This document shows positions 1 to 13,149 of a DNA stretch of 64,000 nucleotides, piece after piece. The DNA comes from Sphagnum compactum (Eukaryota), in assembly GCA_965153455.1 (NCBI GenBank), contig OZ234493.1, positions 24,046,213 through 24,110,212 on the forward strand, given 5' to 3'. Under the pieces are notes generated by a model that was not told the DNA's origin, searched no databases, and saw only the letters and a program-made list of their open reading frames with translations. Numbering within the stretch: the stretch's first letter is position 1; the number at the start of each line of letters is the position of its first letter. Position numbers and translations under genes: made by a program.

Positions 1-379
1 GGTTGAGCTTTTTTGATTGGCTCATCCCAAATGGCATTTTCAAAAAATCTTTTTTATTTTTGGGATCCTTATAATGCACCCTCTTATGCTGCTTACATTT
101 GTTTGAACATTTGTTTGAAAATATGACAAACAATATGGATAACTTTTTGAGAAGGATAAACATTCGGTACCCCATACAACACTAGAATCTTTTATCTCAT
201 ACTTTTGTTCCTAGGTAGTTAAGTAGGTAAACTAATTTAACAAGTAGATAATTAAGAGACATATGCCTTAATTAGGTAGGTAGGTAAGTGAAGTAGATAT
301 AAGTATACTAATATACCTATATTAGTCAACATTAGAACTGGTATTTAATTACTTAGTAACTTGGAATATACCATGTACC

Positions 380-1800
380 CCGAACTAAGTAATTTTTTGA
401 AGTTGTAAAAACCTCTTCTCCCAAAAGGAATTGGATAGCTTGTTATATTGCAACATGTTGTGAATAGATTCCATCAAAATGCAAGTTTTCTATTAAAAAC
501 CCCCATGTGTTCTGAGGGAGTAAACAAAGTGAAAAATTGACATTGGATGCCATGTTCATTGTATAATTTGTTGGATTCTAAAAAATTGTATTCACCACCA
601 TTAATCAAAACAAAGGATTTTGATTTTTCTACCAATTTGATTCTCATTAAATGTTTTATAAATTTGAAAAGTTGAATTTGCTAAATTGGGGACATGGACA
701 CATCATCAACTAATATTGCTTTTCCCATGATTAAATGTATGAAAATTGATCCAATCTTAAAAGCTTGTTGTTGTCCATCATCTACTACAAAGATTATTTG
801 AGGTTATGGCATTGTTTTGTTATGGGTGTAAAATTTTCTTTGAGGAGTCATATGTTGTGTGGCTCTAGAATCAACAATATACCAAGGATCATAAAAATTC
901 AAACGTGACTCAAAAGTGACTAACAAAACAACTTGTATTTTTGCATTAGTTTGTGGCTTTGGAGAATTATGTATAGGAAGGTAGGCAATTTATATTTTCC
1001 AATGGCTTGATTTTTAACTCTTTCTTTATAATTGGACGCAATATGTGATGGTTTGTCATAATAATAACATTATATTTCTAAATTGTTTATTGTCTTTGAT
1101 TGTTTAGAAGATGACTTTTGGTTAGTTGATTGTGATTGCAATATTTTGTATTATGATTTTTTTTGTCAAAATAGTTACTTGTTGGAAAGAAATGCAATTG
1201 ATTTTTCATTTCCAACTTTTGATTTTAAAATTGAATCTTCTTGCCTCATATTGAACATAATAGTTTGTAGATTTAAATTTGGTATACTCGCTTGAATTGG
1301 GACAAAACCATGCCATGAAGAAGGAAAATATGAAAGGAGTAATGAAACCTCTTTTTTTAATAGTAATATTTAATCCTAACGTGGTAGACTCTTTAAGAGT
1401 GTTTTGTCACTCTTTAAGAAAATCAGTCATGGACTTTCAAAGTAATTTTGACAATGTGAGATGAGTCAAATTTTTGTGAAAATAAACTTGTGATGTAGGA
1501 ATAGAAAGTTCATAAGTCTCTTTAAGCCTATCCCAAAGTTCTTTGGATGATTTGAGAGATTTCAACATAAGTAATTAAAGAAAATTCAATCAACATAAAT
1601 TTTTTTTCCACAATGAAGAAGGTTATTAACATGTGTTTAAAAATCTTTTGATATTCATTTTGTTAATTTATAAGTTCAAATGTGCTAGGATTAGGTTAGC
1701 TACCATCAACTACTCCCCATTGTTCCATTCTATCGAGAAACTTTTCCATCTTATATTCCATGTCGCACTGTTTGTGCTAAAAACAAATCTATTTGATAGT
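380..1800 (-). mobile_element. Degenerate Ty1/copia LTR retrotransposon internal region (gag-protease-integrase), many stops and frameshifts
   Basis: Minus-strand translation gives DPWYIVDSRATQHMT (~845-890; copia protease W..DSGAT.HMT) and NGGEYNFLESNKLYNEHGIQCQFFTLFTPSEHMGVFNRK (~490-605; integrase DNGGEY...GI..Q...YTPQQNGVAERK). A decayed CCHC knuckle lies near 1030-1070. Domain order PR then INT fits copia. Boundaries are approximate. Confidence 0.8.
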
Positions 1801-1934
1801 TTCAAACAAAAAAAGAAACTATGATGTGTTTTTTTGTTGTTGGACAAAACTTATTCATAATTTCATTTCCTTTGAAATAATAAGAACAAAAATAATTTGA
1901 TTCTAAGATTCATAACATATTGTACCAATGTTAT

Positions 1935-2885
1935 GCATGTAAATGTTTTAGGACTTACACTTTGTTTAACTATAAATCCCATAATGAAATTGATTTACAC
2001 TCCATGTAAATATAAAACCGTGTTTTGAGCTTTCTTGCTTAAAGACAAATATAATCAAGCGGATAATGCTGAGGTCGAAGGACCCCAAGTAAAACATACT
2101 TTGTGCCATGTAAAATAATGTAAATGTAAGTGTAAAAGCAAATACATAAGTTTATATGGTTTTACATGATCATTTAAAACAATGTAAATGTAAAACAAAA
2201 TACATTTATATGATTTACACTTACATTGTAAAAATGTAAAAACATGATTTCTACTTGAGGAGGGTGGGATTTCATAATGTTTTTGATGATGTGCCAACTA
2301 AATAACCCCATGCAAAAAAAATTAAAAAATTAAAAAAATCATCAAAACATTTGTGCTTTAACATGCACCACAACCAATTAAACTAATTAATATGAATCAC
2401 AATAAGTAACTAAGCTCTTGAAAAAGCTTAGACCAAAAATGGTGATGAACAAAGTTAAAAATAAAAGTTCTACTCAAGCAATCAATTGGTACAAAATGTG
2501 CATTGAAGATATTCTTTGAAATAACACCACCATAGTCCCATATTGGTAGAAAATGCTAATGTCGGGACTACCAAATATTATGAATTCTTTTGAAGGGCCA
2601 ATCAAAGTGGCCCATTGCAAAAAAATAACTTGAGGTTTGGGATGCACCCACAACTAATTAATATGTATTTGCAAGAAGGTATGGTCATTAAGGATATATA
2701 GTATATACACTTACACACCCCAAAACGTTTACATAGGGCTATCTAAATGTATTTGACAAATACTTATAGTGCCTTCATGTAAGTGTAAAAATAATAATTA
2801 CACATGGCAACAATATAAGTGTAAATGTAAAAAGTCCAAACTTGTAAGTGTAAATGAATTACACTTACATGGGATTTACATGTCA
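1935..2885. repeat. TGTAAA/TTTACA-rich degenerate repeat block, probably a decayed non-autonomous element
   Basis: Many tgtaaatgtaagtgtaaa and tttacacttacat units in both orientations at ~1935-2245 and ~2705-2885, separated by unrelated sequence. Confidence 0.4.
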
Positions 2886-5800
2886 CATATACGGCTATTG
2901 ACTCTTACACAAACAAAATTATAGTGTACCTACGACTAATGCTTGGCACAAAATACTTAACAAAAGATCTCGCCGAAAAAAGAGAATTCTATTAATATTT
3001 GTCAAAATTGTTGAAAATTAAAAACCATTGACTTACTATTATTACAAATGCACAACACAAAATGTATTTTGTATACTTATTGCTCAACTATTGAGATTTT
3101 GAAAACTTAAATTGGAAATTGTCAAACATTGTTTTTTTTTGTAAATAAATAAATATTCAGCAAAGGAGTGCCAAACATTTGTTGTAGGGTATGGTATATA
3201 GAACAGAAAGCAAGCTCTTATCAACATTGATCGATTTCAAACCTCCTCTAATACCATGAGAAAAAGAAAGCAGTACACACAACAAGGAGATTCTCAAGAC
3301 AAATGTATTTAACCATTGTTGAAGTACACCGGGGAAGACATAAGATGTTCTAGGTAAGACCTGAAGAGACTTATCCTTGAACTAAAAATGTCTATAGACT
3401 TAAATAAAGAGTCATAACATAAACTATGGAATTTGTTGACACCATGTGCAAATAGTTATGTCCAATTTTGTTAAGGAAATGCAAGGCTGCTGCATGTCAA
3501 CATATGTTCAACTGATAGCCAAGGTCTCACTATAAGGTAGTCTCCCTCTATGCTTAACTTGTCTTGCATAGGCAGCATGTGTGCTATCAATTTTGTTGCA
3601 AGCACAAGCACAAGCAATATACCTGAATTGGGTTTAGCCTCAACTGCCTTTTCTTTGCTTTCCAGTATCCAGTTTGTAGGTGGTGCCCTGTGCCCTGATT
3701 GTTTGAGCTTAGGTACTGACGTCTGTTGATGCTGGGTCATAAGGTAGTAATAGCAGCAGCTTACAATGTCTGAAAAACCCATTCAATTGGGTGCCATAGC
3801 ACCTGAACTTTCTTCCTTTTATCCAAGTGCTAATTCTGGGCAATGTTTGGTGGCATGGAGAGAAAGAGGATGGGTTTGGTTCTGCTGTAAAGATTTGCCA
3901 TATGTGGGATACATATGCTTCAGTACTAATGTGATTCTACCTTGACATGCACAGTGAGAGGAGCAGAATCAATCCATAATCTTACATCTTTTGTACTCAG
4001 GATGTGTACAGCATCAATCAGAAGACATTCGTTTTTGTTCCAGTTGTTAACATGTATTGCTGAAACCGAAAAAACAAATAGCACTATGGTCATGCTAGTT
4101 AGTCATTCATGCAATTGTGCAGAAAAGTTGAGGTTGAGGACATTGCTGCTGTCTCCAAGGGAAAAGATCATGAGATGCTTTTGTCTACTTAAATTCAGTT
4201 TTGAATCAACTCTGTTTGGAGTACACAGTAACCTCATCTTCTCTCAACTAAACTATGATCTAAGAAGCAAGACCTTGAAAGCAGAAAACCTATTTGGACT
4301 CTAGGAGATGGGAATAGGCTTAGAGCATGTATTTCCCATGTTGCAGCTTCATTATTTGCTCTCATTTTCTGCAGACTCTGAAAATCAAGGTTTCCTTCGG
4401 TGCCGAGTCAGCATGCTGCTGTTCTCTCATGTAAAACTGTGAAAGTTTGAAGGTTAGTACTACGTCTGTAATGCAACTCATATCTTCATAGAAAAAGACC
4501 CTGGAACACTGTACAGAAATTCCACTTGGTCCAGCTTGTGCCCGAACAGGACGGTGCAGAATCAAGTGTGCGAATACCTTTGCAAGCTTTTCTACATGTG
4601 GCCAGTAACTCGTTTGGATGGTTGATATGTTGGTTTTGAAGCTTCAAACTTGTGCATCTCAAGTTTTTCTCTCAACTGTCTGCACAGTACAAAAACCTTC
4701 ATATCTGAAGGGCAGACCATCCTGTTGTGACAATTGCATTAGCATTTGGATTGCTAAGGCTCCAAGCTGCCCACCAGTGTATGTTGGTTGGCAGCTACAT
4801 GTCTCATACATACCTGGGCTCACAGTTGACCCACCACACCTTGTCTTACATAGGAAGTGTCAAAAACTGCTTACTGGAATATGACTTGTGGCAGTCTGCA
4901 AGTACTTTCTTCCAGAACTGTGGCCCCAAAACTGTCTTGGTGAAGACTCTCACTTCATGACAAACTGGTCCCTTTCTTCATCATTCCCTTTCTCTCTTTA
5001 TCTCTCTGTTCTTCCACAATTGGAATATGGTTCATGCTCAGGCTCCAACCTCATCTGTTGTGCTCATGCTTTCACCCTTGTCAATTTAGCCAACCTCTCT
5101 CTTTCTCTTACTTTCTGCTGGCATGTGTGCAACCCATCTTTGAACAGTAATCTGCTCTCATTTACAATAGCTTGGCCTGCATTTCTGACAGAACAAAGTC
5201 TTCAGATTCATGAGCATGGACATTGTCGTCATCTGTCATCACAGAAGCAACACTTTCAAGTGATTTATTAAAACCCTATCTTCTTATCTGAGTCCCAGCA
5301 TAACAACATCAGCTCCACTCCCATGCACAGTTTTTTGATGTCATTTCTTGTCCAGTTTCTGTTTGCAGATTTCTTCTATTTCTTAGGCCTTTTCCTAGTC
5401 CATGATGTATTCTTCAACATGCTTTCCGTTCACCTTGCACCTACATTTTGCTTGCCTCAGTAGGGATGTGGTTGCATTGTGTGACCATCAATGCATGGTG
5501 CATGTCATGATTCCTATGATTCTTCTTCTTCTTCCTCTAGGGTTTCATTTTTCTAGTTCTCAGCTGAATCCCAGCAGCAATATCAACCCTGGTTCAGATT
5601 GTCAACCATCTCCCAATACCTTCAGAAGCTCATGAACACAATGCAGACAATCCATTTTATTCTACACGATTCTGAGAAGAAAACAGAATTAATCTTGATT
5701 GCACATGTTTTATACTGTAGGGCTTTGCATAAAATTAGATTTTAATGAATTCTTTGCAATTGCTGCAATAGTCTTTCAAGAATTTCATGCCTATCCATCA

Positions 5801-6907
5801 TGTGCTTTACTGGAAGACAGACAATCCAACCAGGCAAGAACAGCAAGTGAAGAAATACACCCAAGAAACATATCCACACACATCCAACTAGAACAGGACT
5901 TTGTTTTTTACAACAGCTCTCTCTCTCATTCACCATAAAGGAGTGACCTCCTGTTGTGTCCTGATATTTGAAAGCTGTGTGAGGTTTTCTGCTCTGAATT
6001 CATGATGTAATTTGTCACATCCACCAACCAAGAAAGTGCCCTTTCGAGAAAATGTCAAACTTGGTTCACTGGGCACGTAAGCTACTTTTCCTCACTAGTG
6101 TGGGGAATAGGAGTTGGGGTTTCTAACAAAATTGGAGTTGGTGATGAAGATCATCAGCACAACATGATGACCCTTGGAATCTTCTGATGGTGATGCAAAT
6201 TTCAAATCACCTAATATCCTCACAATGTCACAACTCAAAAGTGCATAAAGGTAGCCATGCACATTACATATATGGCCTTGAATGGACTTCTCGAGCTGTG
6301 AAAACCTGAGTGTCCAAATCCTGTAAACAATTGATTCATCAATTACAGTGTGGGTAAGTTTAGCAAAAGTTCATTTGAAAGACTTAATGTCTGCAGCATT
6401 TGAGAGACCCACCCACCCATGATCACCACTCAGGAAGCAAGCAAGCAGCCCCATGAAGAATCACATGGTTTTTTTCTTTTGCAAAATGTTAGTATGTACA
6501 TGATTTGGAGTATTATGATCTCCATTGGAATTGTACCAAGCCAGAAGAAGAGAGCCTCCTCCTCATGGCTGAGACCCACGGATACCTTGATGTTGGCTTG
6601 TGTGGGTGTTCAAATTGCTGCCGCTCAGTGATGTGCTAGATGATAAGCAGCAAGCAGAAGGGCATCCAAAGCATAGAAAATGTGGAGTCCAAGCAAAGCA
6701 AGAAGAACATCTGCTCAGGCGCATCATTCATTCTTCTTCTTCGTTGTCTTCATCACTTTGGAACCTAATCAATCTAAACTGATTCTGTATTTCCCCATCT
6801 TTGCAAAGGGATTATGTAGGGATCTTGAATGAACTCCCGACATGATGATGATGATCTGCAAATACTTGTGTACAAAGGAGGTGGAGGAGGAGGAAGAAGA
6901 AGAGGGC

Positions 6908-9900
6908 CTAATTAGCCGTATTTGTAAGCTGCTGCTGCTGCTGTTGTTGGCAGTGGAGCTCAAGCTTGTTGGAAGGAGGAGTATCAAGATTTACAGAAGA
7001 ATGGTTGAGGCTAATCCCCATGTATTGGAATTCCAACAACAAATTTGATTGTTCAAGGGCGCCAAGCAAGGGAGCCCAAAGTTGTGTAGTGAATTCTCGC
7101 AGCCGCAGCCGGTTGAGAGCTCTCAAATAGTTGCGACAATCATGGTCACGAGAGATGGTACCCTCTGAGCCATATGCATTTCGATCAGTTAGCATGTCCA
7201 GTGGATGTGGCACATTCAGAAATGCCCTTTCTGCATACCACAACTGTCTGGCCTTGCATGCATACTCCACACGCTCCTGGTGAGAGGTCTTGTTGTATTC
7301 TGCTGTTGTTCTTGCTGCTGCTGGGTGAAGCTCAGAGCAGCTGATTGGATGCCTTAAAAAATACAAGCCACTGCCTGGGGGCAATAGAGAGTGACCAGGA
7401 GCTTCATCTTCCTCAGGTTGTAAGATCACCATTTCGCCTAGAGGCCCATATATCAATCGCTGCACATAGATCACAGACACACATGGAAGAAGAAGAAGCT
7501 TAGGATGAGACTGTGTAGAATCAATGCAGCTCAAATTGCGAAGGCAAGAAGAGCAGGAGGAGATTGTGATTACTGACTGGGTAGGTCATTGATCAAACCC
7601 TAACCTGTTGGAGAAGGCAAGAGAGGTTCCTGAAGTTGCCATTCATGCGTTTCAGAACAACAGTCACATGGTCAGGGTAATCGCAAGCAAAGGTGCGAGG
7701 GACGATATCAAGGTGCATCACCACTGACTGTATATGACTTCGAGGCAGTCCCAGTTTGTGTAGCAACAGCTCTCCCCCACACATAATGCAAGGAGAACCA
7801 AAAGTGTAGACCGGTAGCAATGCTGACACTGGTACTGCTTTGCGCAGGCATAGCATGAGAGACAGAAGCATGGCCAAGCTGCCACCTAAAGAATGACCTG
7901 TGAAACGAATGCGTGCATCCTCCCCATGTGCTGCCATATGTGCTTGCACTAATGGCAGCACTTGCTCATACAATCCCTTTGCAGCTTCATAGATCCCTCG
8001 GTGCACCATTGTTTCCAAACCTGGATCCTGTAGGAAGAACACAAGCAGGCATTATGTTGTCAGTATTGGAGATTATGATTCATGACCTGCACCCACTTTC
8101 TGAAAGTACTTCCTTACGAACCTGAACCATGTTCGACCCGTATCAGATCATGTATCTCTGAAGGTTCAACCCTATTTGACATCTCTAGTTCCTGGATAAG
8201 ATCCCGTTCACTACAAGAGAATGTGGTTTTCCTCACACAAAAAGCTCACGACACATGTGTGAGAGATAAAGCTTTGTAGTTTCAGCCATTACAATGGATT
8301 TGTGAGTTATCCGTAAAGTCAGGCCATTAGAGGGAGAACGGCCAGTTTCGGCATGATAGGGCATCAAACGCGTAACTGAGAATGAAAAGGAAATAACTGG
8401 GACCCATACTAGTTTTTCCACCAATTTTGGTGCTAAACTGAGTTTCATCCAGTGTTTCTTTTTTCCTGAGCGCCTGCACTGTTGCTACATATATTTTCAC
8501 TGCTCCTACCTCTACTACTACTATAATTACTCTCAAACGTTGTGCATTAAATGCTGAGTTTCAGCATTTCATACTCAGATTTAATAAAAATTCCTTACTT
8601 TGCGGATCCCACTGAAAGAGGGGATAGGGGGCGAAAGCAGAGGAGATCGGGGGTGAAACAGAGGGTGACTTTAGGGATAACTCTAATGTGTACAGTATGT
8701 CGTGTTTGTTGTGGCATATATTAGATTAAAATGACAATTTGACATTAGTTAATAGCACATATCGCACAAAGTGGTTCAAGACTTGCCTCAAATTGTGCTG
8801 GCTCAAATTGTAAATTGGTTTGCCAAGATGCGAGTGATTCAGATCCCTGCACAAAATGCAAAACAACAAACAATCTATGTAGTGTTGGAGATGATCCATA
8901 TTCCTATGATTCTTCTGTTGTACAGGAGAAGGAAATTTAGGTCAAAGAAGTCTGACTTGCAATTTTCTCTAAGCCCTCCCAGCAACTGCAGAAGAATTTT
9001 CTTTCTGGAGTTGTGAATTGTTGTTGTTACCTGTATGGCAAAGATTTGGGTGTGGCTGGCTTGATCATCACACATGAACCACTCACATGGGCATCTGTGT
9101 TGCACTACTGATCGTGGGTCCAAATTCTTCCCTTCAGAATCGTGGGCAATTGCGGGATAAGATGAAGAGATGGGAAACTGTACTCCCAGCACGGCACTTA
9201 ATGGATCCAATTCATCCACCCCATCGCCACCAAGTCTAAAGCATGGAAGTTCTTGCAAATCCTCCATGGACTTCTGATGTGAGCTAGAAGAAGATTCATG
9301 AGCTTCAGCTTCTGCAGAAAGCGAAGCCTTCAACAATCGGCCAACAGCTGCTTTTGGCTTTGTATGCTTGTCTCCTGCTGCTGCTCCTGTTTGAGATTCT
9401 GGTCCTTCCATGACACTAGCACTTGCAGCAGTTGAGGGTAGGGTTGCGGCAGCAGCAGCAGCACGTCGTTTTTCTGCTTGTGCAATTGCAACCTTCACCA
9501 TGACAGCTGCAGCTTTGATGTCCAAGGATGAAGTCCTCAACCTGAGATTATGCTGCTGTAATAGTTTCTCAGGCTGCACTGACACCACACACACATATGC
9601 AGTGCATCCTGTCATGGGGGGGTGCTGTAAATTCCAAAGCCATGAGCTCAGATGGAAAGCAAGGTAACAAGGATGTCAAGCACATGAGAGACAGGGATGG
9701 TCAAAGCGAAGAATTTCACAAGAAGAAAATGCAGGGAGCTCATGAAGAGCAGGGATTTATGTGGATTTCAAGGAGCCAACCTCAATTGCTGGAATGTTGT
9801 AAGCAAGGTTGCACATGTGAGCCATCTGTGCAACACGCTTCAGCTCAGATGACGAAGCCGGGTGCAGGAACTTGGAGAAATAGTCCTTGTTTTGAGCTAT

Positions 9901-10806
9901 GGTCATATGAGGAGGCTGTGCCATGTCCATGATGATCATCTCCTCCTCCTGAATATTGGATCCAATACAGCTGCTGCTGTGATCCGCCGTGAGTCCCACA
10001 GTTGAAGAAGCACATCCCTGACATCCACATTGGGGCAGTAGGAATTCTTGGCCACAGCAGCTTGAAGATTCAGAATCTGCTGCCAGCTTATGATCGACTA
10101 TCGCAGGTCCTGCAGCTTGTGGAACACTCGTGTTCTGCTGTCTTTTCCAGAAAGCTCCCAGATTCACAAAATTCTGTACCCAAGGCTTGGGTACTTCGTC
10201 GAATCTCAAAGGATTTCCTACGATTGAATCCACCCCAGATTCTTGTGCTACAGAATCCGTCTCCTCTGCAGCCATGCTAATAGCATTCTTGATCACTTCG
10301 GCTGATTCCTGAAACTGGGCACTGGCAGCTTCTAGCTCCTGCTGCATATCGACGGCCTGATGATCTTCTGCCGTCGTCCTTGAAGAATTTCTTGATGGGT
10401 TCAATATACCATCTCCAATCTCTTGCTTCACAAAATCAACACGTGAGGTATCCGAAAGCTGTTCATGATCAGCAGTGGTGCTGGTTCTAGTGGGATCTTC
10501 TTCTTCCGGGCGATTATTAAACCACAAGAATTTGAGAGGTGAGGGAAACGCAAAGCGTGAAGGAGGAGGTAAGGGCAAAGGGACGAAGCTGGTGGGAGGA
10601 CCATGACTAGGGCTACTTCTATTCATGTGCTTGGACTTGTTAGCCCGATCATCAGCGCGACTAGTGCGCTGCATCGAGACTTTAGAACTCATGGCAGTGA
10701 AACTAGATTCCGACGACGATGTTGCTGCGCCTGCAGGATGCAAAAACGTCGTGACCCACCCGCCAGAAGCTACTGATCTAGAGTACAATATCATCACCCT
10801 CTCCAT
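6908..10806 (-). CDS. PLIP: Class-3 lipase / phospholipase A1, PLASTID LIPASE (PLIP1/2/3)-like, ~867 aa
   Basis: Exons (- strand): 10806-9781, 9573-9031, 8846-8787, 8027-7605, 7459-6908. All junctions are phase 0 with AG acceptors; intron 3 has a GC donor. Motifs: [52 protein letters not shown], catalytic [45 protein letters not shown]. Ser/Thr-rich N-terminus and C-terminal polyQ. Confidence 0.93.
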
Positions 10807-11839
10807 GATCTTGCAGTGAGAAAAAAATTCCGACCAATTGATGAATGATCTCCTGCTACAATTCTCTGATTCCTCGGGCTAGACTGTCTGCTAATCTGCA
10901 GAGCATCAAAGGTCTGGACTCTTTACACTGTAAGCTCCATTAGGCAGTCGATGCTGCAGGCCGAACTTACAAAAGAATATTACAGAATTTCTCGATCAGA
11001 ATTTGATGTATGTGTAGTATGAATGTTTTTTGGAGAACTGGGTCGGCTCCTGATCGATCTTCTAATTAGTGTTTAGATCATCAAAAGCTGTGAAGTATCT
11101 ATCTGTACAAAGATTTGTGAAGGAATTGTAGAGTAACAACAAGCCACAACGTCGGAATCAGAAGTTCGCAGATCAATTTGGTGCAGAAATTAACGGGGAC
11201 TGATCAGCAGCTGCTGCCGTCATTTGCTGCCGTTTTATGAAATTTACTACACAAATTCTTGACCCACGCGAAGAAGAAGAAGAAGAAATAGAAGAGATCT
11301 TGGGTTCCACTTTCTCTCAAAACGTAACGCGATCAGAGTTAGATCAGATGCAGATGAGAGACTGATTAGAGAGGCAAAAGAAGGGGCAACTGGCAGCACA
11401 CGCGCATTTAATGAATGTTCCGGCTACCTCTCTACTCCAGCATCGGATGGCGCTTACACGTCAGTTGGAAGCTATCCGACACCGTCCTCTTTCCAACAAG
11501 AAGTTCTTCTTCATCTTCTTCTTCTTCTGCTTTGGAGCTATTCTCGTAAAGCAACCGTTTTAGACGATCACTTTTAAGTCTACCCATCTGCGACAGTTCC
11601 CTTGAAATCCGTTCAAGCTGACGACATGCAGCTTAGACGTCCGATCAATCTGTGATTAGGACAAATCAGCTTGTGTACTAGACAAACTTAGGGTAATTTA
11701 TGAGCTTCAACTGAGATCCATTGGTTGCCTGCCCTGACTCAATGGTCAGATTGGTCGTCAAATAGGCTGCTGTTGCTGAAAAGGAACTTGTAGCAGGTGC
11801 CTGCACTAGTACTGACAGTTTAGCGGTTTTTTTTGGGCT

Positions 11840-11895
11840 CAATTTTGTGATGTAGCGCCAAACTGGTAAAGATTTAGCCAGATTTGGCTAACAGC
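11840..11895 (+). repeat. Short copy of the dispersed TAGCCAAATTTGGCTA-palindrome repeat family
   Basis: aattttgtgatgtagc...gatttagccagatttggcta matches the copies at 29.0-29.5 kb, 40.3 kb and 54.8 kb. Confidence 0.65.
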
Positions 11896-13149
11896 TCACA
11901 TGGATAAGCTCTGGGGACGTACGTTGCTGATCTGCTGCACGTAATAATGATCCTAAGATTAGCGGTAGATTACTCGGTGCGATGTTTGCTGATCAGATCG
12001 TTAAGAAAGGCGTGTAGTCCGTTTGTGTGTGTAGTGGCGTTACAAGAAATATGTAGATCATGGGGAAGGGGGGGGGGAGAGAGAGAGAGAGGGAGAGAGA
12101 AGCCCGGTTGGGCTGGCTAGCTAGAAACGTACAACGAACAAAGGCAACCGCATGACTAGGCACCTCCCCTGCGTCTGTTGCTGCTGCCCTATCGTGCCCC
12201 ATGTTTTGCTTGCCCGAGGAGAGTAGTAGTATCGCGCAACACGCAACGGATCGTGGCACTAGGTTTCTTGTGTGTACGTGGCGAAAGATGCCGTCGAACC
12301 TTGTAACAATTGCCAAGGAAGGTAATATTGTGACTTAGTGGTTGCTTGTAAGGCAGGTGATTCCGTTTCCACGGCACGGACTCTCGTCTCTCTTGAATTG
12401 CGGCCAGCCCTCTGTTCTTCACTTTCCTTGCTTTTTTTCTTTTTTTTTCACACTGTGATGCACGTTGCTTGCCACCTAATAACACTACCCTTCTTACTTG
12501 CTTTTTCATTTCCTTCCCCCCCACCCTTTGTGAAATCCCTTTCCATTTGTTCTTCCTATGTGAATCTCTTGCAGTCTATTCATCTCCTCTTTTTCCACCA
12601 GGCTAGCTTAATGTGTCCCTTTCCATTTCTTCTTCTTTGTCTGTTCTCTTGCAAATCCATCTCTCTCCCCTCTCCCCACCCTTGTTTCCATTTCTTCTTC
12701 TGTGTTCTCATTCAATCCATCCCCTCCTCTCTCCCCAACACTTGTTTCGCTTTCTTTATCTTCCTCCTCCTGCTAGTCTACTGTTGCAATACATTCCATC
12801 TACATCCATGTGCCCTGTCCATATCCTTGTTTTTTCAATTTCTTTCATCTTCTTCTTTTTATTGTGATCTATTGCAATACATCCATCTCCGGGTGCTAAT
12901 GAGTAGGATAAAGCCCCAGACAGCAAGCTTTAGCACAATCTGAAACATGTGAGGTGGATGCTTGGTTCCACCTCGCACAGGCCTCATTCTAGTAAAGCCG
13001 ATGGCCAAGGGCTTTACCAACCATAAAGACCTGTGCTAATGTTTTTTTTTTTGAAAAATTCCCATGATACCTGACAGATACCACAATGAAAAGCAAACCA
13101 TATCAAACATTTCAAAAAACAAAACGCTTGCATAAGTGAGCATTACATT

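Noticed and set aside
4727..4960. YLG motif (HTYLGSQL) as a LINE reverse transcriptase fragment
   Set aside because: No YADD or other RT motifs nearby.
12338..12943. 201-aa hydrophobic ORF
   Set aside because: It arises from a CT-rich low-complexity tract, starts at GTG and has no recognisable domain.
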